Origin: an uncultured Parcubacteria group bacterium
GTDB lineage: Bacteria > Patescibacteriota > Patescibacteriia > UBA9934 > CAMTUG01
Length of the DNA: 64,000 bases
Reading direction: 5' to 3'
NCBI GenBank assembly: GCA_947084965.1
Contig: CAMTUG010000001.1
Span: 345,293-409,292 of the forward strand
Below the pieces are notes generated by a model that was given only the letters and a program-made list of their open reading frames with translations, was not told the origin of the DNA and made no database searches. The translations under genes were made by a program, and so were the position numbers. Position 1 is the stretch's first letter. Each line of letters begins with the position of its first letter. This document shows, in pieces, positions 47,328 through 56,447 of this stretch.

Positions 47328-49847
47328 ATGCCCCTTGAGGTGCAATCAGGAGGAGTGGATTCAGCAACGATCGTCATGATCGCCGTCTTAGTGTTGTGGC
47401 CAGCCGCCCTGGCGATCGTCGTTTTTGCTGTGCGCTGGGCCGCCCGTCAGTTTTTGCACCGTCACGGCAAGACGTTTAAGATGGTTACCCTGTTGGTAAC
47501 GTTGCCAAAGTTTCGTCGTGAGGAAGAGACCAAAGAGGATTCTACAGCACAGAAGGTGCAGGAAGATATTTCGGTAGACGAAACATTTTTCGCGGCGATT
47601 GCTGGATTGCACGCCCAACGCGGGGTGATGCCCTGGTTGCTCGGCCGTTCGGATAATTATGCGTTCGAAATCGTTGCTCACGAAAAGGTGATCAAGTTTT
47701 ACGTGACCGTGCCACGGCGTTATCAGGAGTTTGTTGAGCAGCAGATCACTGCCCAGCATCCAGATGCGTTCGTCGAAGAGGTTGAAGATTACAACATCTT
47801 CAGTCCAACCGGAACGATCCTCGGTGGATATTTGCAGCAGGCCCGCGAAACATTTTTTCCGATCAAGACATTTCGTAAACTTGAAACCGATCCACTGAAT
47901 GCGATCACCAACGCCTTGTCAAAAGTTCCAGAAACGGACGGCGTAGCCATTCAGTATATGGTCCGGCCGGCCACGCCGGGTTGGCGCAAGCAGGGCGCTA
48001 AGGTGGGAAAGAACATGTTGAAAGGGATGACGTTGCGCGAAGCGATGAAGGGCCATAAAAAAGGATCAAGCTGGGTTTCTCTTCTTTCTGGTAAGAAATC
48101 GGAGCAGGCCGAACAAAAGTCCGGCTCCTATTACATGACCCAGACCGAGCAGGACATGACCAAGAATATTGAAGAGAAGATCAGTAAAGGCGGACTTGAG
48201 GTCAATATTCGCGTCGTCGTTTCGGCGAAAGGCCCTGAAGAGGCGCATGATTTACTAAAGGATGTCATGAGCGCCTACGCCCAGTACAACATCTTCGAAT
48301 ACGGAAACGCCCTCGAGAAGTTTATTCCGCTGCGCAAAAAGCACTTGATTAAGAAGTTCATCTACCGCGGGTTTGATGAAACGCGTACCTGTGTGTTCAA
48401 TACCGAAGAGATGGCCTCGCTTTTCCATTTGCCGTTGAAAACAACAGAAACGCCAAACATTCAATGGCTGACCGCACGCACCGCTCCGGTTCCAGCCCAA
48501 GTACCTCAGCGGGTGCCAGAAGATGCCGACCTGCTCCTTGGCTATAACGTCTATCGCGGTCGTAAAATCAACGTGGCGATTAAACGGCCGGATCGTCAGC
48601 GCCACATGTACATCATCGGTAAATCTGGTTCCGGTAAAACGGTCTTCATCCAAACGTTGGCCTTGCAAGATATTATGCGCGGGGAAGGGGTTTGTGTTCT
48701 TGATCCGCACGGAGACATGATCGAATGGCTACTCGGTCACATTCCGAAGAGCCGGATTGACGACGTCGTTTTGTTCGATCCTTCAGACCTTGATCGCCCG
48801 GTCGGATTAAACATGCTGGAAGTCAACCAGGAATCGCAGCAGGACATGGCGACGTCGGAGATGATCTCGATCTTTTACAAGCTTTTCCCGCCAGAAATGA
48901 TCGGGCCGATGTTTGAACACCACATGCGCAACGTGATGTTGACCTTGATGGCCGATCCGGGCAATCAGGGGACGATCGCAGAAATTCCGCGCATGTTTAG
49001 CGATAATGATTTTCAAAAGGCCTGGGTGGCTAAAGTGAAGAATCCGGTCGTGCGGTCGTATTGGGAAAACGAAGTAGCCAAGACGAGCGATTTTCATAAA
49101 TCAGAAATGCTCGGCTATTTGATCTCCAAAGTTGGTCGCTTTGTGGAAGACACGATGATGCGCAACATCATCGGTCAACAGAAGTCCGGATTCAACTTCC
49201 GCGAGATCATGGATAAGAAAAAGATTTTGCTCGTTAACCTAGCCAAAGGAAAGACAGGCGAAGTCAACTCGTCCCTTCTGGGGATGATTATCGTTTCCAA
49301 GTTACAGATGGCCGCCTTGGCGCGTGCGGATATGCCAGAAGAAGAGCGGAGTGATTTTTACTTATACATTGACGAGTTCCAAAACTTTATTACTGATTCG
49401 ATCTCGACGATTCTGTCTGAGGCGCGTAAGTATCGCTTGAACTTGATCGTCGGCCACCAGTACATGGGCCAGCTGGTCAAGGATGGGAAGACGGACATCC
49501 GTGATGCGATTCTCGGGAACGTCGGTTCAACGTTCGTCTCGCGTATCGGGCCTGAAGACGCGGAAACGCTCGAAAAGTTGTATTCGCCGACTTTTGCTGG
49601 ATACGATCTGATCAACTCAGATAAGTATACGTGGTATGCGAAGCTAATCGTTGATAATACCCAAGTAAAGCCGTTTACGTTAAAGACCTTCCCCCCACCA
49701 AAGACCGATCCCAAGTTGGCTGCGGCTATTAAGCAGTTGGCCCGCTTGAAGTACGGTCGTGATCGCGCGATCGTCGAGGCAGAGATTCTTGAGCGCTCGT
49801 CGATCAAGGCGCAAGTGGTGACCGGGACGGGCGAACGAGGCGTATAA
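47328..49847 (+). CDS. Membrane-anchored VirD4/TraG/HerA-like ATPase (fused form)
   Basis: N-terminal TM, then a domain homologous to 11360, then DRQRHMYIIGKSGSGKT, LDPHGD, LYIDEFQNF, EARKY. Confidence 0.88.
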   Translation: MPLEVQSGGVDSATIVMIAVLVLWPAALAIVVFAVRWAARQFLHRHGKTFKMVTLLVTLPKFRREEETKEDSTAQKVQEDISVDETFFAAIAGLHAQRGVMPWLLGRSDNYAFEIVAHEKVIKFYVTVPRRYQEFVEQQITAQHPDAFVEEVEDYNIFSPTGTILGGYLQQARETFFPIKTFRKLETDPLNAITNALSKVPETDGVAIQYMVRPATPGWRKQGAKVGKNMLKGMTLREAMKGHKKGSSWVSLLSGKKSEQAEQKSGSYYMTQTEQDMTKNIEEKISKGGLEVNIRVVVSAKGPEEAHDLLKDVMSAYAQYNIFEYGNALEKFIPLRKKHLIKKFIYRGFDETRTCVFNTEEMASLFHLPLKTTETPNIQWLTARTAPVPAQVPQRVPEDADLLLGYNVYRGRKINVAIKRPDRQRHMYIIGKSGSGKTVFIQTLALQDIMRGEGVCVLDPHGDMIEWLLGHIPKSRIDDVVLFDPSDLDRPVGLNMLEVNQESQQDMATSEMISIFYKLFPPEMIGPMFEHHMRNVMLTLMADPGNQGTIAEIPRMFSDNDFQKAWVAKVKNPVVRSYWENEVAKTSDFHKSEMLGYLISKVGRFVEDTMMRNIIGQQKSGFNFREIMDKKKILLVNLAKGKTGEVNSSLLGMIIVSKLQMAALARADMPEEERSDFYLYIDEFQNFITDSISTILSEARKYRLNLIVGHQYMGQLVKDGKTDIRDAILGNVGSTFVSRIGPEDAETLEKLYSPTFAGYDLINSDKYTWYAKLIVDNTQVKPFTLKTFPPPKTDPKLAAAIKQLARLKYGRDRAIVEAEILERSSIKAQVVTGTGERGV

Positions 49848-49889
49848 TAGTGAAAACGGAAAAAGTCAAAACAAAAAAACCGAAACCTT

Positions 49890-50489
49890 ATGAAAAATCA
49901 AGATCAAACATTCTACGTCGAACGTGAGCCGCAAGAACTTGGACGTGATCCGCGTTTGAATCTTTCACTGAAGATTTTAAGGCAGATGCAGGATTCGCTT
50001 GCTAACGTTATTCAGCTGCTAGAAGCGGGGAGTCACGAAGAGGCGCAGAAGCTGGCAGGGGAGTTGATCATGCAAAAACACGGACTAGATGCCGAATTTG
50101 CGCAATCGACGGGGATGCGGGTGATCGAGGGGGTTTTTGATGGCTGTAATATGGTTGGGAGTGATGGGAATAGTTATAACGTCCCTCCAAACTATGCGTC
50201 CAAGTCACGGCTGGTTGAAGGGGACATGCTTAAGTTAACGATCAAGCCGGACGGGGGGTTTTTGTTTAAGCAGATCGCTCCGATCGAACGTCAGCGCATC
50301 ACCGCCACGCTGGCCGAAGATGTGGCCACGGGTGATTACATCGGGGTCCACGAAGATGGCCGACGCTGGCGCCTGATCCGCGCCTCAATCACGTACTATC
50401 ATGGGGTGCCCGGGGACGAAGTCGTCTTGCTCGTTCCCAAAGGTTCACCTTCAACCTGGGCGGCGGTTGAGAACGTGGTCAAGCATTAA
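49890..50489 (+). CDS. Hypothetical protein
   Basis: 199 aa ORF; VIEGVFDG..YNVPPNYASKSRLVEGD beta-rich domain. Confidence 0.75.
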   Translation: MKNQDQTFYVEREPQELGRDPRLNLSLKILRQMQDSLANVIQLLEAGSHEEAQKLAGELIMQKHGLDAEFAQSTGMRVIEGVFDGCNMVGSDGNSYNVPPNYASKSRLVEGDMLKLTIKPDGGFLFKQIAPIERQRITATLAEDVATGDYIGVHEDGRRWRLIRASITYYHGVPGDEVVLLVPKGSPSTWAAVENVVKH

Positions 50490-50567
50490 ATTGCTCTATT
50501 TTGCTCGAGGTGCGGCCGGATTTCGGTTGTGTATTTTTGGCATTGTGTGTGTTAAACTGATGCCGCT

Positions 50568-52088
50568 ATGAGTGAAACGATCTACCGCAAATACCGCCCA
50601 AAAACGTTCGCTGAGGTGACCGATCAGGAGCACGTAAAAGCGACGATTCAGAACCAGCTCAAGGCCGGTACGGTCAGTCATGCCTATCTGTTTACTGGTC
50701 CTCGGGGGGTGGGAAAGACAACGATCGCCCGTCTTTTAGCCAAGGCGGTAAATTGTTTGAAATTGAAGGACGGGGAGCCGTGCGGAGGCTGTGTGGCTTG
50801 CGAAGCGATCACCGAAGGCCGGACGATGGATATCATGGAGATTGATGCGGCGAGTAACACCGGCGTCGACAACGTTCGTGAAAATATTATCGATGCCGCG
50901 CGGTTCGCTCCGACGCAGCTTAAGAAAAAGGTGTTCATCATCGATGAAGTGCACGGGCTTTCGATCAACGCCTTTAACGCGTTGTTGAAGACACTCGAAG
51001 AACCGCCAGCGCATGTCGTTTTTATTCTCGCCACGACCGAGCTTCACAAGGTTCCTGAAACGATCGTTTCTCGCTGTCAAAAGTTTGAATTTCATCGGGT
51101 GAAGCCAGGGGATATCGTCGATCGTTTGGCCACGATCGCCAAAGCAGAAAAGGTGAAGATCGATGCAGATGTTCTGACCGCGATCGCTTATCGCTCGGAA
51201 GGCTGTCTGCGCGATGCGGAAAGTTTGTTCGGGCAGATTTTGGCAATTACAGATGGTGAGAAGATCACGCTCGATGTTGCCTCGCTTGTCTTGCCGTTGA
51301 CCAATGAGAAAACGCTGACCGCCTTGATCATCGCCCTCGCGCAGAAGGATGGAATTGAATCGCTGAAGATCGTGGCCGAGATCGCTGAGAGTGGCGGACG
51401 GATCGATCCGCTGCTTGACGAACTGATCGAGATGCTTCGTGCACAGATGATCACCTCATTAAAAGGCGAGCCCTCGCACCTCCCCTCGGACGATGCGCGG
51501 AATCTTCTTGAACTCCTCCTAGACAATCGCAAGCGCTTTTCCAATGATCGCATCCCGCAGCTTCCGCTCGAATTACTCGTTGTTCAGTGGTGTGGGCCAA
51601 AAACCGCGATCGTTTCGAACGGGATCTGTGCCGTACCTGCCGCGGCCCCGGCTCTGGCTCCCGCTCCCGCTCCCGCTCCCGTGCCGACAGCTCCCGGCGA
51701 TCGTTCCGACTCCACTCCTGTTCAGAAAGCTGCGCCATCCAAGGAATCTCCACCGTCGAGTACGTCCGCTTTGTCGATCACCCTCGATGACATTAAATCA
51801 AAATGGAGGGAGTGCTGTGCGAGCATCAAGGAGCGCTCAGGTACACTTCCTGTTTTACTGCAGGATGTCGAGCTATCCTCGCTTGACGGAGATACCCTGA
51901 AACTCAGGGCGCGGATGAGTTTTGTCTGCGATCAGCTCAACGAAAATCGTAATCGCGTCATTTTACTCGAGGTGTTACAAAACCTGATGCAAGCTCCGGT
52001 TAAGGTCCACGCCGAATACGTCGCGACAGACCAGGACGCCCTTGTTTCTGATCTGCTCGGAGAATTTGGAGGCCGCGTTGTTGATTAA
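50568..52088 (+). CDS. dnaX: DNA polymerase III gamma/tau
   Basis: YRKYRP, GPRGVGKTT, EIDAAS, IIDEVH, NALLKTLEEPP, SRCQ. Confidence 0.96.
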   Translation: MSETIYRKYRPKTFAEVTDQEHVKATIQNQLKAGTVSHAYLFTGPRGVGKTTIARLLAKAVNCLKLKDGEPCGGCVACEAITEGRTMDIMEIDAASNTGVDNVRENIIDAARFAPTQLKKKVFIIDEVHGLSINAFNALLKTLEEPPAHVVFILATTELHKVPETIVSRCQKFEFHRVKPGDIVDRLATIAKAEKVKIDADVLTAIAYRSEGCLRDAESLFGQILAITDGEKITLDVASLVLPLTNEKTLTALIIALAQKDGIESLKIVAEIAESGGRIDPLLDELIEMLRAQMITSLKGEPSHLPSDDARNLLELLLDNRKRFSNDRIPQLPLELLVVQWCGPKTAIVSNGICAVPAAAPALAPAPAPAPVPTAPGDRSDSTPVQKAAPSKESPPSSTSALSITLDDIKSKWRECCASIKERSGTLPVLLQDVELSSLDGDTLKLRARMSFVCDQLNENRNRVILLEVLQNLMQAPVKVHAEYVATDQDALVSDLLGEFGGRVVD

Positions 52089-52089
52089 T

Positions 52090-52884
52090 GTGAACATCCG
52101 CCCTTATCTCGTTGCCTTTCGTCTCGCTCTTTCGAAAGCGCTGGTCTATCGCGCCAATCTTTTGCTCGGAGCGATCAACGTGTTGATCTGGTTTGGAACA
52201 CTGATCCTTATTTATCGCGCTGTTGGTGGTTCGCTCGGTTCCTATTCGGAAGCAGAATTGGTGACTTACATTCTGGCAACGTCGTTTATGGCTTCGACGC
52301 TGTTCAACACCGCCACACAGGAGCAAATTTCAGACGAAATTGTTGAGGGCGACCTTGTCAACTTTCTCTTGCGTCCAATTAATTACTTTTGCTATTGGAT
52401 TTCGCGCGCGCTCGCGGTGCGCTGTGTGTTTATGGTGGTCGCAACGATTGCGGTCTTTATTCTCGCCCAATGGGTGCGGGAGGACATCTTAGTACCGACC
52501 GATTCCGTGATTATTTTTCAGACACTCACGATCGCTTTTGGAGCGATCGTCCTGATGACCGTTTTGGATTTTATCTCCGCCTCGTCTTCTTTTTGGACCG
52601 GACGGAACTTTGGCCCGCGTTGGATGTTTATGATCTTCGCGCGATTTCTTTCTGGGGCCGCGTTTCCGATCGCCCTGATGCCCGGTTGGGCTCAGACGAT
52701 CTTTCACGCTACACCGTTTCCATACTTAGTCGGAGCTGCGGCAGAAACGGTCATCGGCAAACTGGCTGGCCCCGCCTTTCTCCAAGCGCTGATGATCCAG
52801 TGGATCTGGATATGCGCATCAATACTCGTCCTTAGTTTCCTTTGGCGAAAAGGGATCAGATCATACGCCGCCTATGGAAGTTAA
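52090..52884 (+). CDS. ABC-2 family permease
   Basis: I.EG...FLLRP motif, six TM; GTG start after TAA-T. Confidence 0.85.
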   Translation: MNIRPYLVAFRLALSKALVYRANLLLGAINVLIWFGTLILIYRAVGGSLGSYSEAELVTYILATSFMASTLFNTATQEQISDEIVEGDLVNFLLRPINYFCYWISRALAVRCVFMVVATIAVFILAQWVREDILVPTDSVIIFQTLTIAFGAIVLMTVLDFISASSSFWTGRNFGPRWMFMIFARFLSGAAFPIALMPGWAQTIFHATPFPYLVGAAAETVIGKLAGPAFLQALMIQWIWICASILVLSFLWRKGIRSYAAYGS

Positions 52885-53668
52885 ACGCTACGCCCGCATC
52901 TTTCGGCAGGCCGCGATCAATCGCTTTGCCCTTTATTCGGCTTCGCGCGCGGACTTAGTGACATTTATCCTCGGTAAGTTTGTAAGAATGGGGTTCTTTA
53001 TCCTGTTGGCGGTTTCGCTTTTTAATCACACCGACACGCTCGTTGGATTCAAAGAGATGGAAGTTCTTCTGTTTTTTGCGATCATGAACATGGTCGATGT
53101 TCTTATTCAGGTCATCTGGTATCGTGGCATGTACAATTTGCGGGATTGGATTAAGCGCGGAAAGTTTGATGCCTTTTTGATTCAGCCGGTGTCGCCACTC
53201 TTTAAAGTGGCGGCGATGCAGTTGGATCTGTTCGATATCATCACGTTACCGGTCGCGGTTGGGTACATCGTTGTCGTCTGGATTCATTTACCGGTGCAGC
53301 CGGATCTGATCATGGCCCTCACCGCTGCGGCGTTCTTTGTCTTGTCGATGATCCTGGCGTTCTCGATCAACCTTTGTATCGCTTCAACGGCCTTTTGGAT
53401 TCAGGAAAACGAAGGGGCTTGGGCACTTTTCCGCGACTCAATTTACGTCGCTCGATTCCCGAGCGAAATCTTTCCGGACGCGATTCGTCTGGCTTTCACA
53501 TTTATGATCCCTATCCTCGCGATCGTCGCGTTCCCAGCCCGCGCTCTGCTCGGTCTCCTCCAGCCCACGACCCTCATCTGGGCCGCGCTCCTGACCGGCG
53601 CTTGGCTCCTCCTCGCGGTTACCTTGTGGCGCGCCGGGCTCAGGCATTATACTTCTGCAAGCGGTTAA
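52874..53668 (+). CDS. ABC-2 family permease
   Basis: GKFDAFLIQPV, RFPSEIF, ends YTSASG. Confidence 0.87.
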   Translation: MEVKRYARIFRQAAINRFALYSASRADLVTFILGKFVRMGFFILLAVSLFNHTDTLVGFKEMEVLLFFAIMNMVDVLIQVIWYRGMYNLRDWIKRGKFDAFLIQPVSPLFKVAAMQLDLFDIITLPVAVGYIVVVWIHLPVQPDLIMALTAAAFFVLSMILAFSINLCIASTAFWIQENEGAWALFRDSIYVARFPSEIFPDAIRLAFTFMIPILAIVAFPARALLGLLQPTTLIWAALLTGAWLLLAVTLWRAGLRHYTSASG

Positions 53669-53669
53669 T

Positions 53670-54641
53670 ATGCATGCGATCGAAGCACACAATCTGTCGA
53701 AGTCGTACTCCTCCTGGAAAAAGCAGGCGGGATTTTGGGGGACAGTGAGATCCATCACGCATCGCGAGACGATCACCGTACACGCGGTGAAGGATTTGAG
53801 TTTCACGATTGACGAAGGAGAATTTGTCGGGTTCATCGGTCCGAATGGGGCGGGGAAGACGACGACACTCAAAATGCTCTCTGGCATTCTTTGGCCGACA
53901 TCCGGCGAAGCGACGGTGCTCGGATACACCCCCTGGAAGCGCCAGAAGGAGTTCCAGCGCCAATTTGCGATCGTTCTTGGGCAGAAGAATCAGTTGTGGT
54001 GGGATCTGCCAGCTAAGGACTCGTTTTTGTTGAATAAAGAAATTTTTGAGATTCCAAAAAAGGATTTCGAACAACGTCTTAAACAGTTTGGTGAGATGTT
54101 GAATATCACCCACTTGTACGAGATTCCCGTGAACAAACTTTCGCTTGGCGAACGTATGAAGTGCGAGCTCGTCAATTCGCTCCTCCATCGTCCGCGTGTG
54201 CTGTTCCTCGATGAACCGACGATCGGTCTAGACGTCGTATCACAGCAGGCGATCCGCGAGTTTTTGAAGAAGTGGAACAAAGAGGAGGGGGCAACGATTA
54301 TTCTGACCTCGCACGCCATGGCCGATGTGGAAGCGCTCTGTCCGCGGGTGATCGTCATCGATCACGGCACGATGAACTTTGACGGCTCCCTTCATGCATT
54401 GGTTCAGACCGTCGCTGATCATAAAGAGATGACGGTTAAATTCAGCGAACCGGTTAAACGTGATAGGATCAAAGGGTTCGGAACGGTGAGTGCGTTTGAG
54501 GGAGTCCGCGTTACCCTGCACGTGCCACGAGATGATGTTCGCACGGTCGCGAAGCAACTGCTTGATGAACTTCCCGTGGCGGATCTGAACATTCAAGAGA
54601 TTTCGATCGACGAGGTTGTTCGTAAAGTTTTTAGGTCATGA
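53670..54641 (+). CDS. ABC transporter ATP-binding protein
   Basis: GPNGAGKTT, LSLGERMK, FLDEPTIGLD, TSH. Confidence 0.95.
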   Translation: MHAIEAHNLSKSYSSWKKQAGFWGTVRSITHRETITVHAVKDLSFTIDEGEFVGFIGPNGAGKTTTLKMLSGILWPTSGEATVLGYTPWKRQKEFQRQFAIVLGQKNQLWWDLPAKDSFLLNKEIFEIPKKDFEQRLKQFGEMLNITHLYEIPVNKLSLGERMKCELVNSLLHRPRVLFLDEPTIGLDVVSQQAIREFLKKWNKEEGATIILTSHAMADVEALCPRVIVIDHGTMNFDGSLHALVQTVADHKEMTVKFSEPVKRDRIKGFGTVSAFEGVRVTLHVPRDDVRTVAKQLLDELPVADLNIQEISIDEVVRKVFRS

Positions 54642-55036
54642 TGCTACACACTATGAACTTCAAGCGCCCTGTGTTGCTCGGTTACGCCTTAACGTGGATT
54701 TCTCTCATCCTTTCGTATCGAGAAAATCCTTTGTTTAATCCATCCGGAGAGGCCGGGGCTTTGCGTTTTGACATTACGGACCCGACAACGATCTTCGCTA
54801 CCGGCGGTTGGCCGTTCAAGGTGTATGACTATCCGGTGCCGCCGATGGGTCCTGGACCGGAGCAATCAGAGCTCCCGTTCCTCGCCAACTTGATCGTCTG
54901 GACCGCGCTGAGCTTCGTGATCCTCCGCTTGGCAAAAGAAGAAAAATTGCCCAAAAACCTTGACGCCAAACTCGTCACCCTAGCGGTCGTTCTGACCATC
55001 ATCGGATGCGTCTATCTGTTGTTGAAGTTTGACTAG
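54638..55036 (+). CDS. Hypothetical membrane protein
   Basis: Three TM segments, GGWPF motif; start may be 54653. Confidence 0.7.
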   Translation: MMLHTMNFKRPVLLGYALTWISLILSYRENPLFNPSGEAGALRFDITDPTTIFATGGWPFKVYDYPVPPMGPGPEQSELPFLANLIVWTALSFVILRLAKEEKLPKNLDAKLVTLAVVLTIIGCVYLLLKFD

Positions 55037-55043
55037 TCGTGCG

Positions 55044-55072
55044 TTGACCACAGCGCGATGATCTGATAGCAT
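55044..55072 (+). promoter_or_regulatory. Promoter for tRNA-Gln
   Basis: TTGACC-17nt-(TGa)TAGCAT. Confidence 0.55.
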
Positions 55073-55085
55073 CTGCCTGGAAACA

Positions 55086-55167
55086 ACATTCCGGGAGCCG
55101 ACTGCGTCGGTCCCGTCGTTCGCTCGGGAATGTCGAAACATTGAGTTTCTCCATCCCGCTCACTCAC
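55086..55167. repeat. Palindromic element between promoter and tRNA
   Basis: ACATTCC/GGAATGT stem; minus strand gives GGGATG-GA-GAAAC..GTTTC-GA-CATTCCC hairpin with repeated GA steps. Confidence 0.55.
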
Positions 55168-55241
55168 TCCGGGATCGTCTAACGGCAGGACAGCGGACTC
55201 TGAATCCGCTAATCATGGTTCGAATCCATGTCCCGGAACCA
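55168..55241 (+). tRNA. tRNA-Gln (anticodon CTG)
   Basis: Acceptor TCCGGGA/TCCCGGA, anticodon arm GCGGA-CTCTGAA-TCCGC, T arm CATGG-TTCGAAT-CCATG, encoded CCA. Confidence 0.97.
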
Positions 55242-55275
55242 GAAAAAATCTCAGCAGTTGCTGAGGTTTTTTCTT
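55242..55275. terminator. Bidirectional terminator after tRNA
   Basis: GAAAAAATCTCAGCA-GT-TGCTGAGGTTTTTTC. Confidence 0.75.
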
Positions 55276-55392
55276 GTCATGAATGAAAACGAAGAGCCGC
55301 ACCTGCCAGGGGCGACCTTCGTGCGTCCGAGAGTGGCTCGGAAGCGGGTCGCAGGCAGGCGCGGCGGTGGGGCCCCGAGGAGTCGGAGGGGC

Positions 55393-55917
55393 TCAGGCCG
55401 GCGGGGTGTAGGCGGCGCGCATCAGGCGCTCGATCCCGGCGGGGTCGAGGAAGGCAAGCGCTTGGTTGCTGTAGATCTCGGGGTCGTCGGTGACTTCTCG
55501 GACCACGGTGACCCCAGCCGGGAAGTCGGGCAGCTCCTCGTCCTCGCTCGAGAGTTCGATTTCGAGGATGACAAGCCCCTCGAACGGCCCCAGGAAGACG
55601 TCGAGCTCCCAGCGACCGAAGCGGTAGCGCGTCTTCTCGATCTTGTGCTCGCACATCTTGAGGAGACCGTGCCCGTCGACCGGATCGAGGACATCGACCT
55701 CGATCTCGGTGCGGACCATGCCACCGCCGCTCTTGAAGGTGAGGTAGAACAGCTTGTCGAAGCGGCGAATGCGCACGGCCGGCGGCGATCGGGTGAAGTA
55801 GCCCTGGCAGATCGCGATCTGCTCGTTGGCCTCGCCGTCGACGTCGAAGTCCTCCTTGAGCATGACGATGAAGCGGCGCTCGATCTCGATGTTCTCGGCC
55901 GGTGCGGTTCCTGACAT
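55393..55917 (-). CDS. CYTH-domain protein (GC-rich solo gene)
   Basis: EIERRF, QGY, VRIRR, R.EIE, IEKTRY, WELDVF, EIEL; AAGGAGG SD; TTGACA-17-TAGGTT promoter at 55969-55941. Confidence 0.9.
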   Translation of the reverse strand: MSGTAPAENIEIERRFIVMLKEDFDVDGEANEQIAICQGYFTRSPPAVRIRRFDKLFYLTFKSGGGMVRTEIEVDVLDPVDGHGLLKMCEHKIEKTRYRFGRWELDVFLGPFEGLVILEIELSSEDEELPDFPAGVTVVREVTDDPEIYSNQALAFLDPAGIERLMRAAYTPPA

Positions 55918-55994
55918 GGGTGCCTCCTTGCGGCCCCTTGAACCTAGGGTATTTTGCGTCACCTGTCAACCTGCTGTGTTATGATAGACCCCGT

Positions 55995-56420
55995 ATGATT
56001 AAGGAAAGGCAGATCGCCATTGGGCTGGTCATGAAAGATGGATCCCTCTTGATGCTCGAGCGCAAAGACGAAAACCCCATGTGGGATCGCAAGTGGGAAT
56101 TTCCTGGCGGCAAAATCGAGGCGGGGGAAGACCCGCACACCGCCGTCTGCCGTGAAGTACAGGAAGAAACAGGGCTTCTTATCGAATCCCCCGAGTTTCT
56201 CGGGCTTCATTCGCACGACTGGAACCTTCCAGACGGCAGCATTTTGCGCGTCCATTTGCATTGTTTTTTGTGTACAGCGACGACAGATACGGTCATCCGC
56301 GAAGTCGATCACTCTTATGGCCACATTTGGATCGATCCAAAGACGATCGATACCTGGAATCTTCTCGAAGCCAACGCCGACTTGACCAAGGATTTACTCT
56401 GGCCAAGGTTGCAGAAGTAA
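55995..56420 (+). CDS. NUDIX hydrolase (MutT-like)
   Basis: WEFPGGKIEAGE...REVQEETG. Confidence 0.9.
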   Translation: MIKERQIAIGLVMKDGSLLMLERKDENPMWDRKWEFPGGKIEAGEDPHTAVCREVQEETGLLIESPEFLGLHSHDWNLPDGSILRVHLHCFLCTATTDTVIREVDHSYGHIWIDPKTIDTWNLLEANADLTKDLLWPRLQK

Positions 56421-56447
56421 ATGCGTCAGTATATTCTAATAGTTATT

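Noticed and set aside
51640-51695. GCTCCC hexamer run in dnaX as a contingency repeat or frameshift signal
   Set aside because: In-frame Ala-Pro linker typical of DnaX; no slippery A-AAA-AAG site noticed there
55168-55241. tRNA-Gln as an integration site of a genomic island
   Set aside because: No duplicated tRNA 3' end and no integrase found within the window
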